In this document: piece by piece, positions 52,072-62,124 of the stretch
Layout of the letters: each line of letters opens with the position of its first letter
Numbering within the stretch: position 1 is the stretch's first letter
NCBI GenBank assembly: GCA_963810935.1
Contig: CAWEPK010000001.1
Span: 64,001 to 128,000, forward strand
Reading direction: 5' to 3'
Source of the DNA: an uncultured delta proteobacterium
GTDB lineage: Bacteria > Desulfobacterota > Syntrophorhabdia > Syntrophorhabdales > WCHB1-27
DNA: 64,000 bases
Made by a program: the position numbers and the translations under genes
Notes under the pieces: model-generated
Seen by the model: only the letters and a program-made list of their open reading frames with translations
Database searches by the model: none
What the model was told of the DNA's origin: nothing

Positions 52072-54849
52072 TTACTTGCTTAAAGTCTTGCTCAACTCCC
52101 CCATCGCCTTGCCGAATTCTGCCCAGTCGCCTTTTTTCAATGCGTCCTCTGCCTGGCGTAGCTCTTTGCGCGCGCGGCCGAGGTAGTCTTCGGATGGACG
52201 GGCTGCGGGTGTGGCCGCTACCGTTCTCGCGGTTGCCCCGACCTCGGCCACAGTGGGAATACCGCTGAAAACGGACCGGATCGCGCCTTCCAAGGTCGGC
52301 TGCATCGCCACGCGGGTGCCATAGGCCGCGATTACCCGGATCAACTGCGGAATATTCACATCCTCGGCGATCAGGTAGACGGGCTCGACATAGAGAAAGG
52401 AGTTTTCGATGGGGATCACTAGGAGGTTACCCCGGATTACCCTGGAGCCCCTCTGGTCCCACAGCGAGAACTGCTGGGATATGGTCGGTTCCTGGTCGAT
52501 CATCGCCTCGACCTGCATGGGGCCATAAATGAGCCTTTCCTTGGGCAGCCTGTAGACGATGAGTCGGCCGTAGTCGGGCCGGTCGCAGACTGCGGCCATC
52601 CATGCCACCATGTTCTCCCTCTTGAATGGGGTCATGGGCAGCATGACGAGGAACTGTAGGTTCTGCTGGCCGGGCAGCCTGATGAGGGCGTAGTACGGGT
52701 CCATCGGTGAGACTTTGCCCGCGTACTTCTGGGTGGGCAGGGCCCAGACGTCTTCCCTGTTGTAGAAGACCCTCGGGTCCGTCATGTGGTAGATAACGAG
52801 CCTGTCCGTCTGGATGCGGAATATATCTTCGGGATACCGTATGTGCGCGGCCAATTCTTCGGGCATCTTCGACGCAGGCATGAAGGTGCCGGGGAATGCG
52901 CGGGCGTATGCCGCAAGCACAGGGTCGGCCGGGTCGCTTATGTATAACGTGACGGAGCCGTTGTATGCGTCAACGATCGCCTTCACCGAGTTGCGGATAT
53001 AGTTGAGCCTGCTGCTATAAGGGTCCGAGTACGGGTAGCGGGAGGAAGTCGTGTAGCAGTCCTGAATCCAGAAAAGTTTGCCGCCCGCAACGACCAGGTA
53101 TGGGTCCGGGTCGAGGGAGAGAAAGGGGACGATGCGGCTGACCCGCTCGCGCACCGTCCTGTAAAGCTGTACCCTGGAATCAGGCTTGATGTAGCCCGAT
53201 ATGAGGATATTGGAATCCATCAGCTCCCAGGCGAAGAGCAGCCTTTTCCAGAAACCGCCTATGGGGATGCCGCCCGTGCCAGCGTAGCTCGTGTAAACGT
53301 TCTTGTCCCCTTTGGGGTAGTCGAACTCCTCGACGCCCGTCTTCACTATGGAGTAGCCGCTCATATTTTCGCCGTAGTAGATGGACGGCCGGTCGATCTT
53401 GATGAGGGTCGATTCGGGCGGGACGTCTTTAACGATCATGCGGGGAAAGCCTTCCGGCGTGATCTCCGATACGTAGCTCATAGCGAGGCCGTAACCGTGG
53501 GTGAACTCGAGGTGCTGGTTGACCCACGTCTGGGCCTGCTGTAACACCTGGTCGGAGAGCTCCCTGGCGGATATCATCACCTGCCTGTAGCCCTCGCCCG
53601 GCAGTTGGTAGCGGTCTACGTCCACCTGGGAGAAGCGGTAATAGAGCCGCATCTCCTGCGTCTGCCTGTAAGTCTGGAGCACGGGCCTCCAGTCCCAGAG
53701 GCGGATATTTTTCAGCGTGTCCGAGTTGCGGGCGACAGAGGCGGTGGAAAGGTCGTCGCGTGCCGAAAAGGGTCGCTCCTCTACCTTGTCGAGCTGGTAT
53801 GCCTGCCTGGTCAAGGCGATGTTGTGCTCAAGGAAAGGCTTTTCCAGGGACAGCTCATTCGGCTGCACCACGTAAGACTGGATAATGGCCGGCAGGATGC
53901 CGAGGACGATCACCATCATGACGATGTAGCCGCCTACCCCCACCAGCACGGTCTTGATTGCCCTTTGCTTCAGGTTCCACAGGACGAGCGCAGCCAGGAG
54001 CGCGGTTGCGCCTACCATGATCCAGAGGCAGACCCGCACCACGTGGTAGTCCGTATAGCCCGCCCCGAAAACCGCCCCCCGCTTTTCATAGAGAAGGCCG
54101 AATATGGAGAGGTAGTGGCCCGTGCCCCAGACGGCCAGGAAGATGACGAAAAGGGCCGACAGGTGGACGAACATGCGGGTGTTCTTGAGCGAGTCGGGGG
54201 CGAGCCTTACCTGCCTGTACAGAAGGTAACCGACGAAGGTGATGGGGATGGCGAGAAACGTTATGCCTGAAAGGCTGCCCTGTATCGCCTCGTAGGCCGG
54301 CAGCTTGAAGATATAGAAGCCGATATCGCGCCCGAAAAGCGGGTCCACGCGGCCGAAAGCGCCTCCCCATAGGTATCTTAGGAAGGTGTCCCACGCGGAA
54401 GATATGCCCAGGGCGAAGATAAGGGCCGGAACGACCGCCATGACTATGGCGATGATGCCCGCCGGCCGGGCCCCCACGCGGAGCTCGTAGACGTCGGCCA
54501 TGTCTTCGCCCTGATACTGAATGAAGCCGCCCTTTTGCCTGCCCGCCGCGATCTTGAGGTTGATCCAGAGGTAGAGGAATACGAACGCCGCTGCGACGGC
54601 GAACAGCAGGACCTTAATCCAGATGAGGCCCAGGAAGAGGGGGCTGTAGCCCAGCTCGATCATCCAGAGCCAGTCCACCAGCCCGCCGGATGCTTTCGAC
54701 AGTATGGCCAGCAGGACGAAGAAGAGGATGAAGGCAACGAAGAACTTGATAACCCGTGGGTTCGGCATATTAACGCCGACCCCGCCCGTCCCGCCGCCGT
54801 GCACATCGCCACCATTACCCCGTTGCGAGAACGCCACCTTATCCTCCAA
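52072..54849 (-). CDS. UPF0182 family membrane protein
   Basis: DWLW..ELGY, DPLFGRDIGFYIF.LP, NIRLWD, NYIRNSVK, VIRGNLLVIP; alternative start at 54768. Confidence 0.92.
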   Translation of the reverse strand: MEDKVAFSQRGNGGDVHGGGTGGVGVNMPNPRVIKFFVAFILFFVLLAILSKASGGLVDWLWMIELGYSPLFLGLIWIKVLLFAVAAAFVFLYLWINLKIAAGRQKGGFIQYQGEDMADVYELRVGARPAGIIAIVMAVVPALIFALGISSAWDTFLRYLWGGAFGRVDPLFGRDIGFYIFKLPAYEAIQGSLSGITFLAIPITFVGYLLYRQVRLAPDSLKNTRMFVHLSALFVIFLAVWGTGHYLSIFGLLYEKRGAVFGAGYTDYHVVRVCLWIMVGATALLAALVLWNLKQRAIKTVLVGVGGYIVMMVIVLGILPAIIQSYVVQPNELSLEKPFLEHNIALTRQAYQLDKVEERPFSARDDLSTASVARNSDTLKNIRLWDWRPVLQTYRQTQEMRLYYRFSQVDVDRYQLPGEGYRQVMISARELSDQVLQQAQTWVNQHLEFTHGYGLAMSYVSEITPEGFPRMIVKDVPPESTLIKIDRPSIYYGENMSGYSIVKTGVEEFDYPKGDKNVYTSYAGTGGIPIGGFWKRLLFAWELMDSNILISGYIKPDSRVQLYRTVRERVSRIVPFLSLDPDPYLVVAGGKLFWIQDCYTTSSRYPYSDPYSSRLNYIRNSVKAIVDAYNGSVTLYISDPADPVLAAYARAFPGTFMPASKMPEELAAHIRYPEDIFRIQTDRLVIYHMTDPRVFYNREDVWALPTQKYAGKVSPMDPYYALIRLPGQQNLQFLVMLPMTPFKRENMVAWMAAVCDRPDYGRLIVYRLPKERLIYGPMQVEAMIDQEPTISQQFSLWDQRGSRVIRGNLLVIPIENSFLYVEPVYLIAEDVNIPQLIRVIAAYGTRVAMQPTLEGAIRSVFSGIPTVAEVGATARTVAATPAARPSEDYLGRARKELRQAEDALKKGDWAEFGKAMGELSKTLSK

Positions 54850-54922
54850 TGTTACGGCGAATTTGTTTCCTGTTGAATATTACGCCCTTACCGAATGCTT
54901 TGCAAGCATTCGGTAATTGGGG

Positions 54923-55045
54923 GCTTAGGCTCTTTTCGCGCCTAATGCGGGCGACCCTTCGGTGCAGCGTGCTCACGTACAACAGAAGTACGCTCCGCCG
55001 CGCGCCTTCAGGGTCTACGCATTATTCATCGAAAATAGCCTAAGC
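54923..55045 (+). repeat. REP/MITE-like element, family A (diverged)
   Basis: gcttaggct...agcctaagc termini; shared cttttcgcg, ctcacgtac-N6-gtacgctccg, catcgaaaat. Confidence 0.65.
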
Positions 55046-56307
55046 ACTTCTCACCTTTGCCCATACTTACTTTCGCGGACGAGCGCGCTTTCCTGACGTC
55101 CTCGCAGGTAGGCGCCCCGTCCTTGGGTGAAACCGTGTAGATGTCTGTAGCTATAAGAAAGTCCTTATATTCCGGTACCTTGGTCGTTACACCGGCGAAC
55201 GTGGGGAGAAGCACCTGGTGGTCGCATGCCCGCAGCTCCAGGCGGCCCGCCGGCGTCTTCTCCAACACCATGCCTTCAAGGGCATCGACGAACTTCTCGT
55301 TGTTATATTTCCCGCCCAGCTTTTCGAGCGCCTTTATGATGAACTGGCCGGCCACGTAGCCGTTGAAGGACGGCATGGTCGGGTACTTGCCGAAGAGCTT
55401 GTTATATTCCGCCGCGAATGCTTTGTTCTCCGGCGTCTGCGGGAAATAGAAAAGGTAATTCGCCGTCCCGAGCACGCCCTCAGGGGCCTCCAGGCCGTTG
55501 GCCGCGAGCATCGTGTGGTCGATGGCCGTGTGGATGTAAATCGGGATCGCCTTCGCGAGCCCCGTCGCCTTGGCCGCTTTCAGGAAACCTATGATGCTCG
55601 ACCCGGCGCAGCCGAGAATGATGAAATCGGGCTTGGCCGACATCCACTGGGTTATATAAGGGCCGAAATCAGGCTCTCCGACCTTCCACCACGTCGTGCC
55701 CATCAGTTGCACGTTCGGCTTCTGGGCCTTCAGGTAGGTCCATACGGCGCTTGTTATGGCGTGGCCGTACTCCATGTCGTCGCCGGCGATCCAGTACTTG
55801 ACGTAAGGCTTCTTCGCCAGGACGTGGGCCGCCGCCTTGCCGGCCATGGTGCTGTTCTCGTCTATCTCGAAGACGTAGCGGTGGCCTTTCTCGCCCGTGA
55901 TCTTTTCGCTCTTCGCCCCCGTGTTCAGAAAAGGCGCCTTCTCTCTTTTTGCGAACTCGGAGACGGCGAGGGTCGACGCGCTGCTGATGGTGCCGAGCAG
56001 TATGTCCACCCGCTCCTTCATGACCAGCTCTTTCGCCATCGCCAGCGAGATGTCCGGCTTGAACTTGTCGTCCCTGGTCACGAACTCGATCTTCGTGCCG
56101 TTGACGCCGCCTTTCGCGTTCACCGCGTTGATAGCCATCTTGAAGCCGTTCAGGTTATCGATGCTCATCGGCGCAGCGCCGCCGCTGTATGCGTCTATGA
56201 TCCCCACCTTCAATACGCCCGGCGCGGCCTGGCCCGTCCCGCACATCACAAAGAGTACCCGCCAGGACGAACGTCGCAATTACAAGCCAACCTCTCCATT
56301 GCCTCAT
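55026..56307 (-). CDS. branched-chain amino acid (LivJ/K-type) ABC substrate-binding protein; +1 frameshift at about 56259
   Basis: Signal peptide MRQWRGWLVIATFVLA from ATG 56307 joins VLFVMCG; LKVG, NAKGGVNG, RDDKFKP, GTISS, RACDHQ. Confidence 0.85.
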
Positions 56308-56793
56308 AAAACACCCCCTTTAAGCTGCTATGTGCCTCATGTGGTTATGGTGTCAGGAAGATAAATGGAAAAAACCCCGATGGATGCCGTCTTGATCCCC
56401 CTTACCGCAAACCGCGATCCCCGTCAGCCACCATGACCGATGGCGCATGAGCGATTGTACCACTGAAGGGGGCGGGGAGGCGAGGGAAATTTGGGGATGG
56501 GCGGCCGGATGACTACCGAATTAGCGGAAGGGCTATGGGCCGAAACCGACACATCCTTGAGTGGCCGTACTTCACGCGCCACACGCTCGGACAATGCGTC
56601 CTCAGCAATATCCATATCATACCGGATCATACCGGCTTAACAGCAACGCGGGCGCGCCATTTGTCGTTAATGCGCCTTGCATACCCCATCACGTAGATTT
56701 ATGAGAAAAGCAGCCTGTCCCCTTTTCGTTCCCTTTTCATCCCCGGGCAATAAGTTACAGAAGTTACCTTCGTCCACCATCTGCCTTAGCAGC

Positions 56794-57630
56794 CTATTTA
56801 GGCGTCTCGGGCAATTGTTCTATCGTCTCCTTTATAAAGATGGCAGGGACGACTCCGGCAAGTCCTAACATATGCCGCTCCAGGCGCTTTTCTCTGAGGC
56901 TTTCAACTTGTTCTTCGGCGAATCTTTGTTCTGAGACGAGCCCCATAATAGCTTGTATGGGGCCCAACTGCATCGCATCCTGATAGCCTCTAATCGACTC
57001 AGCAAAATAGACTGGACCACCACTGTTGCCCTCAAAAACATTAAAATCAAACAGAAAGGTTTTGACTGATTTCATTGGAATGAGAGGAAAACTGGCGATT
57101 TGTCCACTTCTCAAAATCGGAAAACCAGCGTCATTAGCCGCATTTAACAGTGGAAAACCCAAGCAGGATAGGCGGTCTCCTGGATGAATCTGCCATCGTT
57201 GGAGTAATTCGTCAGTTGCAAGATAACTCATGCCAATCAGTTGGAGATCAATTTCGCGTGGCAGAGAAACATACATTACCGCCACATCCATGCTCGAATG
57301 CTGGACCCAAAGCGGGGTCGAACCGCGACGAATCTGGATCGGGTGCAGCACTTTAAGAAAAGAGTCGCCTGTACGTTTTCGGAGAACAAGTGTGGCCGTG
57401 TCTCCTTTCATTCTGTTCAAGACATGGGCCGCAGTAACCAAAACGGCGTAGCTCCGACCCTTGGCCTCTTTTGTCGGTTTCCCGATGATGAACGCAGTGC
57501 CCGTTGAATTCTCTCCTGTCAGCATGAAGGTTGACAGCATCAAAGTCGTATTAATATCTGGAGTCTCCTCAGAACAGGCAAGAACGGGACTACATAGAAC
57601 GACAATGATGAGTAGCACCCATTGTTTCAT
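56794..57630 (-). CDS. trypsin-like (S1) serine protease
   Basis: VTAAHV, DVAVM, EGNSGGPV catalytic triad motifs; signal/lipobox VLAC. Confidence 0.85.
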   Translation of the reverse strand: MKQWVLLIIVVLCSPVLACSEETPDINTTLMLSTFMLTGENSTGTAFIIGKPTKEAKGRSYAVLVTAAHVLNRMKGDTATLVLRKRTGDSFLKVLHPIQIRRGSTPLWVQHSSMDVAVMYVSLPREIDLQLIGMSYLATDELLQRWQIHPGDRLSCLGFPLLNAANDAGFPILRSGQIASFPLIPMKSVKTFLFDFNVFEGNSGGPVYFAESIRGYQDAMQLGPIQAIMGLVSEQRFAEEQVESLREKRLERHMLGLAGVVPAIFIKETIEQLPETPK

Positions 57631-57943
57631 TGAACTCCCCCATGCTAACAACTCTTAATTTACCTCTTAAAGAGTAACAATAGAGAGAAGAGACGCTCTT
57701 AAGAAAACAATAAATAACTTGCCTCTCAGCCCTTTCTCCAGTAACTCATACTCCCCGTTCTCGCAATCATAACCGATTGTAGCACCTGTTATCGGTTCGG
57801 TCGAGCAAAATATTGCTCTTCAAGAATAACCGGGTGAGCATCATGGCCGTAAACGGAGACCTTACCGATATAACTGACGTAATCTAACAGGCCGGAAGGA
57901 TTATTGGAAACCCGATGCGCCCGTAGTCGGCAAACCGTCGAAC

Positions 57944-58092
57944 GGGGCCGGGGTGGGCCGGAGGAAATTGCGATGGATTTCGCGTTGCTTTTCGAAGAAG
58001 CGAGCCGCAGCATACGTATCGTGTATGTGAGGACTCGTGCCGAGAAAACGGCGCGAAAGGCGCGCAATTAACCCGGTCCACCCCGGCCCCCC
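57944..58092 (-). repeat. REP/MITE-like element, family A
   Basis: ggggccggggtgg...ccaccccggcccc termini; core is the reverse complement of the 12204 copy; directly after the pstB stop. Confidence 0.8.
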
Positions 58093-58094
58093 TG

Positions 58095-58862
58095 TTAGCC
58101 GAAGCGTCCTGTGATGTACTCCTCGGTTTTTTCATGCCTGGGTGACGTAAATACGTCTGCTGTTTTTCCGAATTCCAGCAGCTCTCCCAGCAGCATGAAG
58201 CCTGTATAGTCGGAGGCGCGTGCGGCTTGCTGCATGTTGTGTGTCACTATCAGTATCGTATAATCCTTCTTCAGCTCTTCCATCAGCTCTTCGACGCGCA
58301 TCGTCGCTATCGGGTCGAGGGCCGAGCACGGCTCGTCGAGTAGGATTATCTCAGGCTCTATCGTTAGGAGCCGCGCTATGCAGAGCCTCTGTTTCGTCTC
58401 TTCGGATAGAAGGAGCGCAGGCTGCTTCATACTGTCTTTCAGGTCGTCCCACAGGCCAACCGCCTGCAGGCACCGCTCCACCACCTCGTGCCGCCTCTTC
58501 CTTATGCCGTGGACGGCCAGGCCGTAGACCATGTTTTCCCATATGGAGAAGGGGAAGGGGTTCGGCCTCTGGAAGACCATGCCTACCCTGCGCCGCAGGT
58601 CGATGATGTCCATCGTCTCGATAGATGCGCCGTCGATCGTGATGTCGCCCTCTATGGTGACGCCGTCCACCAGGTCGTTCATCCTGTTGAAGCAGCGCAG
58701 GAGCGTCGATTTCCCGCAGCCCGACGGGCCTATAAGAGAGGTGATGGAGTTCTTATACACCTGGAAATCGACGCCTTTGAGCGCGTGAAAGAGGCCGTAA
58801 TGCAGGTTCAGCCCTTTCGTGCGCAGCGCAGTCTGCAAGCCTGTTGAAAAGTCTTCTCTCAT
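58095..58862 (-). CDS. pstB: phosphate ABC transporter ATP-binding protein
   Basis: GPSGCGKST, NRMND, VGMVFQRPNPFP, DEPCSALDP, VTHNMQQA, YITGRFG. Confidence 0.93.
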   Translation of the reverse strand: MREDFSTGLQTALRTKGLNLHYGLFHALKGVDFQVYKNSITSLIGPSGCGKSTLLRCFNRMNDLVDGVTIEGDITIDGASIETMDIIDLRRRVGMVFQRPNPFPFSIWENMVYGLAVHGIRKRRHEVVERCLQAVGLWDDLKDSMKQPALLLSEETKQRLCIARLLTIEPEIILLDEPCSALDPIATMRVEELMEELKKDYTILIVTHNMQQAARASDYTGFMLLGELLEFGKTADVFTSPRHEKTEEYITGRFG

Positions 58863-59620
58863 CCGAATTTCCCCAGCACGTAATCCTCGGTCAGCTTGTG
58901 CTCCGGCTTCGTGAAGACGTTAACGGCCCGGCCGAACTCGATGAGCTTGCCCATATAGAAAAAGGCGACGAAATCGGACGCCCTGGCAATCTGCTTCGTG
59001 TTGTTCGAGACGAGGATGATGGTATGGTACGTCTTAAGCTCCGATATGGCCTCTTCGATCTTGGCCGTGGAGATGGGGTCGAGGCCGGAGCACGGCTCGT
59101 CGAGCAGGATGATCTCCGGCTGCAAAGCCAGCGTGCGCGCCAGGCAGAGCCTTTGCTGCTGGCCGCCCGAAAGCTTAAGGGCCGATTCGCTCAGCCTGTT
59201 TTTCACCTCATCCCATAGGAACGCTTTCTTGAGGCTTTCCTCGACGATGGCGTGAAGCTCCGAGCGCTTGTTGACGCCCTTCAGGCGCGACCCGAAGGCG
59301 ACGTTCTCGAAAATGGAGCGGGGCAGGGGGATGGGCGTGGCGAAGACGGTGCCCACCTTTTTCCGCAGGGCCGTGTCATCGGTCTTGTCAGAGAGCAACC
59401 CGAAGCCCTCGACATAGACCTCGCCTTCGAAGCTGCCGTTGTCCTCGAAGTTTATCAGGCCGTTGATGACAGAGATAAAGGACGATTTGCCGCTCGCGGA
59501 CGGCCCCATGAGGCCGAGCACGGATTTCTCGTAGACGTCGAGGTCTACCGATTTGAGCGCCTCCTTTTTGTCGAAGCGGACGCTCAGGTTTCTGACCCGT
59601 ATCTTCGTATTGTGCTGCAT
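58859..59620 (-). CDS. pstB: phosphate ABC transporter ATP-binding protein (second copy)
   Basis: GPSASGKS, LSGGQQQRLC, DEPCSGLDP, YVLGKFG. Confidence 0.9.
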   Translation of the reverse strand: MQHNTKIRVRNLSVRFDKKEALKSVDLDVYEKSVLGLMGPSASGKSSFISVINGLINFEDNGSFEGEVYVEGFGLLSDKTDDTALRKKVGTVFATPIPLPRSIFENVAFGSRLKGVNKRSELHAIVEESLKKAFLWDEVKNRLSESALKLSGGQQQRLCLARTLALQPEIILLDEPCSGLDPISTAKIEEAISELKTYHTIILVSNNTKQIARASDFVAFFYMGKLIEFGRAVNVFTKPEHKLTEDYVLGKFG

Positions 59621-60456
59621 CAGGAATACCTGGCTATCATCCTGTGCATGATCCAGTACGCCAGGACGTTGATGATGAGAATGGAGAAGACGAGGACGAG
59701 GGCGGTAGCGTAAGCTTTTTCCATGGAGATGCCCTCTCTGGCGAGGATGTAAAAGTGGACGGCCATCGTCCTGCCCGAGTCCATTATGCTCGCGGGCAGC
59801 CGGAGCGAGCTGCCCATAGTGAAGATGACTGCGGCCGTCTCGCTCACCGCCCTGCCTATGCTCAGCATTATGCCCGTGAGGATGCCGGGGGCCGCGGAAG
59901 GCAGTATGACGCGGGTCACCGTCTCCCACTTCGTCGCGCCGAGAGAGAAACTGACCGTGCGCAGGTTCTTCGGGACCGCTTTAATGGCCTCCTCGCTTGT
60001 CCTGATGATCGTCGGCAGCACCATTATCGCGATGGTCAGGGTGCCCGACAGAAGCGACCAGCCCATCTTGAGCTTGATGACGAAAAATATGAAGCCGAAC
60101 AGGCCGTAAATGATCGAAGGTATGCCTGCAAGCGATTCTACGCCGAAGCGGATCACGCGGGTCAGGTTAGATTCCCTCGTGTACTCGGTGAGATATATCG
60201 CAGTGCCGATGCCGAGAGGCGTGGCGAAGGCTATCGAAAGGACGCCGAGGAAGAGCGTGCCCACGATGGAGGGGAAAATGCCGCCGAGCCTGCCCATATC
60301 TTCCGGGTAGGAGAAGATGAATTCCGTCGTGACGTAAGGGAAGCCCTTGACGAAGATGACAAGGACTATCGCGACCAGGATGGCAACAGTGAAGATAGCC
60401 TGGGCGCTGAAAGCCACCCGCATCGCCTTGTCGGTAATCCTCGGAGGCACCCTCAC
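59620..60456 (-). CDS. pstA: phosphate ABC transporter permease
   Basis: GGIFPSIVGT, LAGIPSIIYGLFG, RAVSETAA; GTGA overlap with pstC. Confidence 0.92.
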   Translation of the reverse strand: MRVPPRITDKAMRVAFSAQAIFTVAILVAIVLVIFVKGFPYVTTEFIFSYPEDMGRLGGIFPSIVGTLFLGVLSIAFATPLGIGTAIYLTEYTRESNLTRVIRFGVESLAGIPSIIYGLFGFIFFVIKLKMGWSLLSGTLTIAIMVLPTIIRTSEEAIKAVPKNLRTVSFSLGATKWETVTRVILPSAAPGILTGIMLSIGRAVSETAAVIFTMGSSLRLPASIMDSGRTMAVHFYILAREGISMEKAYATALVLVFSILIINVLAYWIMHRMIARYS

Positions 60457-61316
60457 TTTGCGACCCTCCTCTTCACCCAGAAATTTGCGAGAAGGTTCAG
60501 GCTCATGATGATCACGAGGAGGACGACGCCGGTGGAGAAGAGGGACTCCCTGTGGTCTCCCGTTGCATATGCCAGCTCGAGGGCGATATTGCTCGTGAGG
60601 GTGCGCAGCGGGTCGGTAAGGCTCGTGGGTATCTTGAGGGCGTTGCCGGCGACCATGATAACTGCCATCGTTTCCCCGACTGCCCGTCCCATGCCGAGTA
60701 TGAAGCTTGCGAGGATGCCGGAGCGCGCGGCCGGCAGCACGATCCTGTAAACCGTCTGCCATTTCGTCGCTCCCATGGCGAAGGAGCCCTCCCGGAAAGC
60801 AGGCGGGACGGTCATGAGCGAGTCGAAGGAGATGCTCGTAATCGTGGGGAGTATCATGATCCCGAGGACTACCGAGGTGGAGAGTATCGAGAAACCGGAA
60901 CCTCCGAGGTATTCACGGATAAGCGGCACGATATAGATGACTCCCAGAAAGCCGTAGACGACCGAGGGTATGCCGGCGAGCAGCTCCAGAGACGGCTTCA
61001 GCACTATTTTTGTTTTCTTCCCGGCGTATTCCGAAAGGTAGACTGCGCACGCAAGGGCGAGGGGGGCGCCCACGATGAGCGCGCCGAAGGTGACCATGAA
61101 TGATGAGATGATCATGGGGAAAATGCCGAAGAACCCCTTGGTCGGCGCCCACTTCATGCCGAACACGATATTTCTGACCCCTACCTTATAAAAAAGCGGC
61201 AGCCCTTCCGTCAGGATGAAGAGGAAAATTATAAAAAGAAAAAGCAGGGACGAGAGGGCGAAGAGGATAAGCACGAGCCTGATGAAGTTTTCCTTGCCGA
61301 ACGCTTTCTTATTCAT
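60453..61316 (-). CDS. pstC: phosphate ABC transporter permease
   Basis: W.P....FGI.P, ELLAGIPSVVYG, GRAVGETMAVIMVAGN. Confidence 0.93.
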   Translation of the reverse strand: MNKKAFGKENFIRLVLILFALSSLLFLFIIFLFILTEGLPLFYKVGVRNIVFGMKWAPTKGFFGIFPMIISSFMVTFGALIVGAPLALACAVYLSEYAGKKTKIVLKPSLELLAGIPSVVYGFLGVIYIVPLIREYLGGSGFSILSTSVVLGIMILPTITSISFDSLMTVPPAFREGSFAMGATKWQTVYRIVLPAARSGILASFILGMGRAVGETMAVIMVAGNALKIPTSLTDPLRTLTSNIALELAYATGDHRESLFSTGVVLLVIIMSLNLLANFWVKRRVAK

Positions 61317-62124
61317 TAATCGGAATGAGACCTTCCTTTTTCAGTATCTGCTGCCCTTCTCTGGAAAGCACATAAGCCATAAAAAAACCCGCCGCCGCGC
61401 CGGGCTCTCCTTTTGTCAGGTAGAGGAACGGCCTGACGATGCGGTATTTCCCGCTCATTATATTGGCGGCCGTTGCGTCCACACGATCGACGGCGACAGC
61501 CTTCACCTTGCTGTCTAATACCCCCAAAGAGATATACCCGATGGCGTAGGGGTCGGTTGCGACGACCTCCTTGACCGAGCCGTTCGAGTCCTGCACCATC
61601 GTGCTGTCGTCGATGCCCGTCTTGCCCATCACCAGCTCTTCGAAAGCGCCCCGCGTGCCGGACCCTTCTTCCCTGGTCACGGTGTCTATGTTCCTGTCTA
61701 TCCAGCCCAGAGATTTCCAGTTTTTGAGCTTCCCGCTGTAAAGGTCCCTTATCTGCTCTAAGGTTATGTTCCTCATCGGGTTTGCCGGATTAACGACGAT
61801 GGCTATCCCGTCGTGGCATATGACCGTTTGCTTCAGAATCAGCTCGTCGCCTTTCAGCTCCCTGGAAGACATGCCGATACCCACGGTTCCGTTGACGCAG
61901 GCCTGGATGCCTGCCGACGAGCCCCCGCCCTGTACGTTGACCGTTATGCGCGGGTGCTCGATCTTGAAGTGCTCGGCCAGTTTTTCGGTGAAAGGCATGA
62001 CTGACGTCGAGCCTGCTACAGTGACCGTGCTGCGGGCTTTTGAGGCGCCCTCCGCCTGGCCGTTGCAGGCGAGCAGACAGGGCACGAGTAAGAGAAGAAG
62101 CAGACTGCCGAACGCAATTCTCAT
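61309..62124 (-). CDS. pstS: phosphate ABC transporter substrate-binding lipoprotein
   Basis: LLAC lipobox, AGSTSV, GGGSSAG, MSSR, REEGSGTR. Confidence 0.92.
   Translation of the reverse strand: MRIAFGSLLLLLLVPCLLACNGQAEGASKARSTVTVAGSTSVMPFTEKLAEHFKIEHPRITVNVQGGGSSAGIQACVNGTVGIGMSSRELKGDELILKQTVICHDGIAIVVNPANPMRNITLEQIRDLYSGKLKNWKSLGWIDRNIDTVTREEGSGTRGAFEELVMGKTGIDDSTMVQDSNGSVKEVVATDPYAIGYISLGVLDSKVKAVAVDRVDATAANIMSGKYRIVRPFLYLTKGEPGAAAGFFMAYVLSREGQQILKKEGLIPINE

Noticed and set aside
56424..56630. 68-aa ORF (and 57789-58067) as genes
   Set aside because: No motif or clear RBS; the second is largely a translation of a family A repeat
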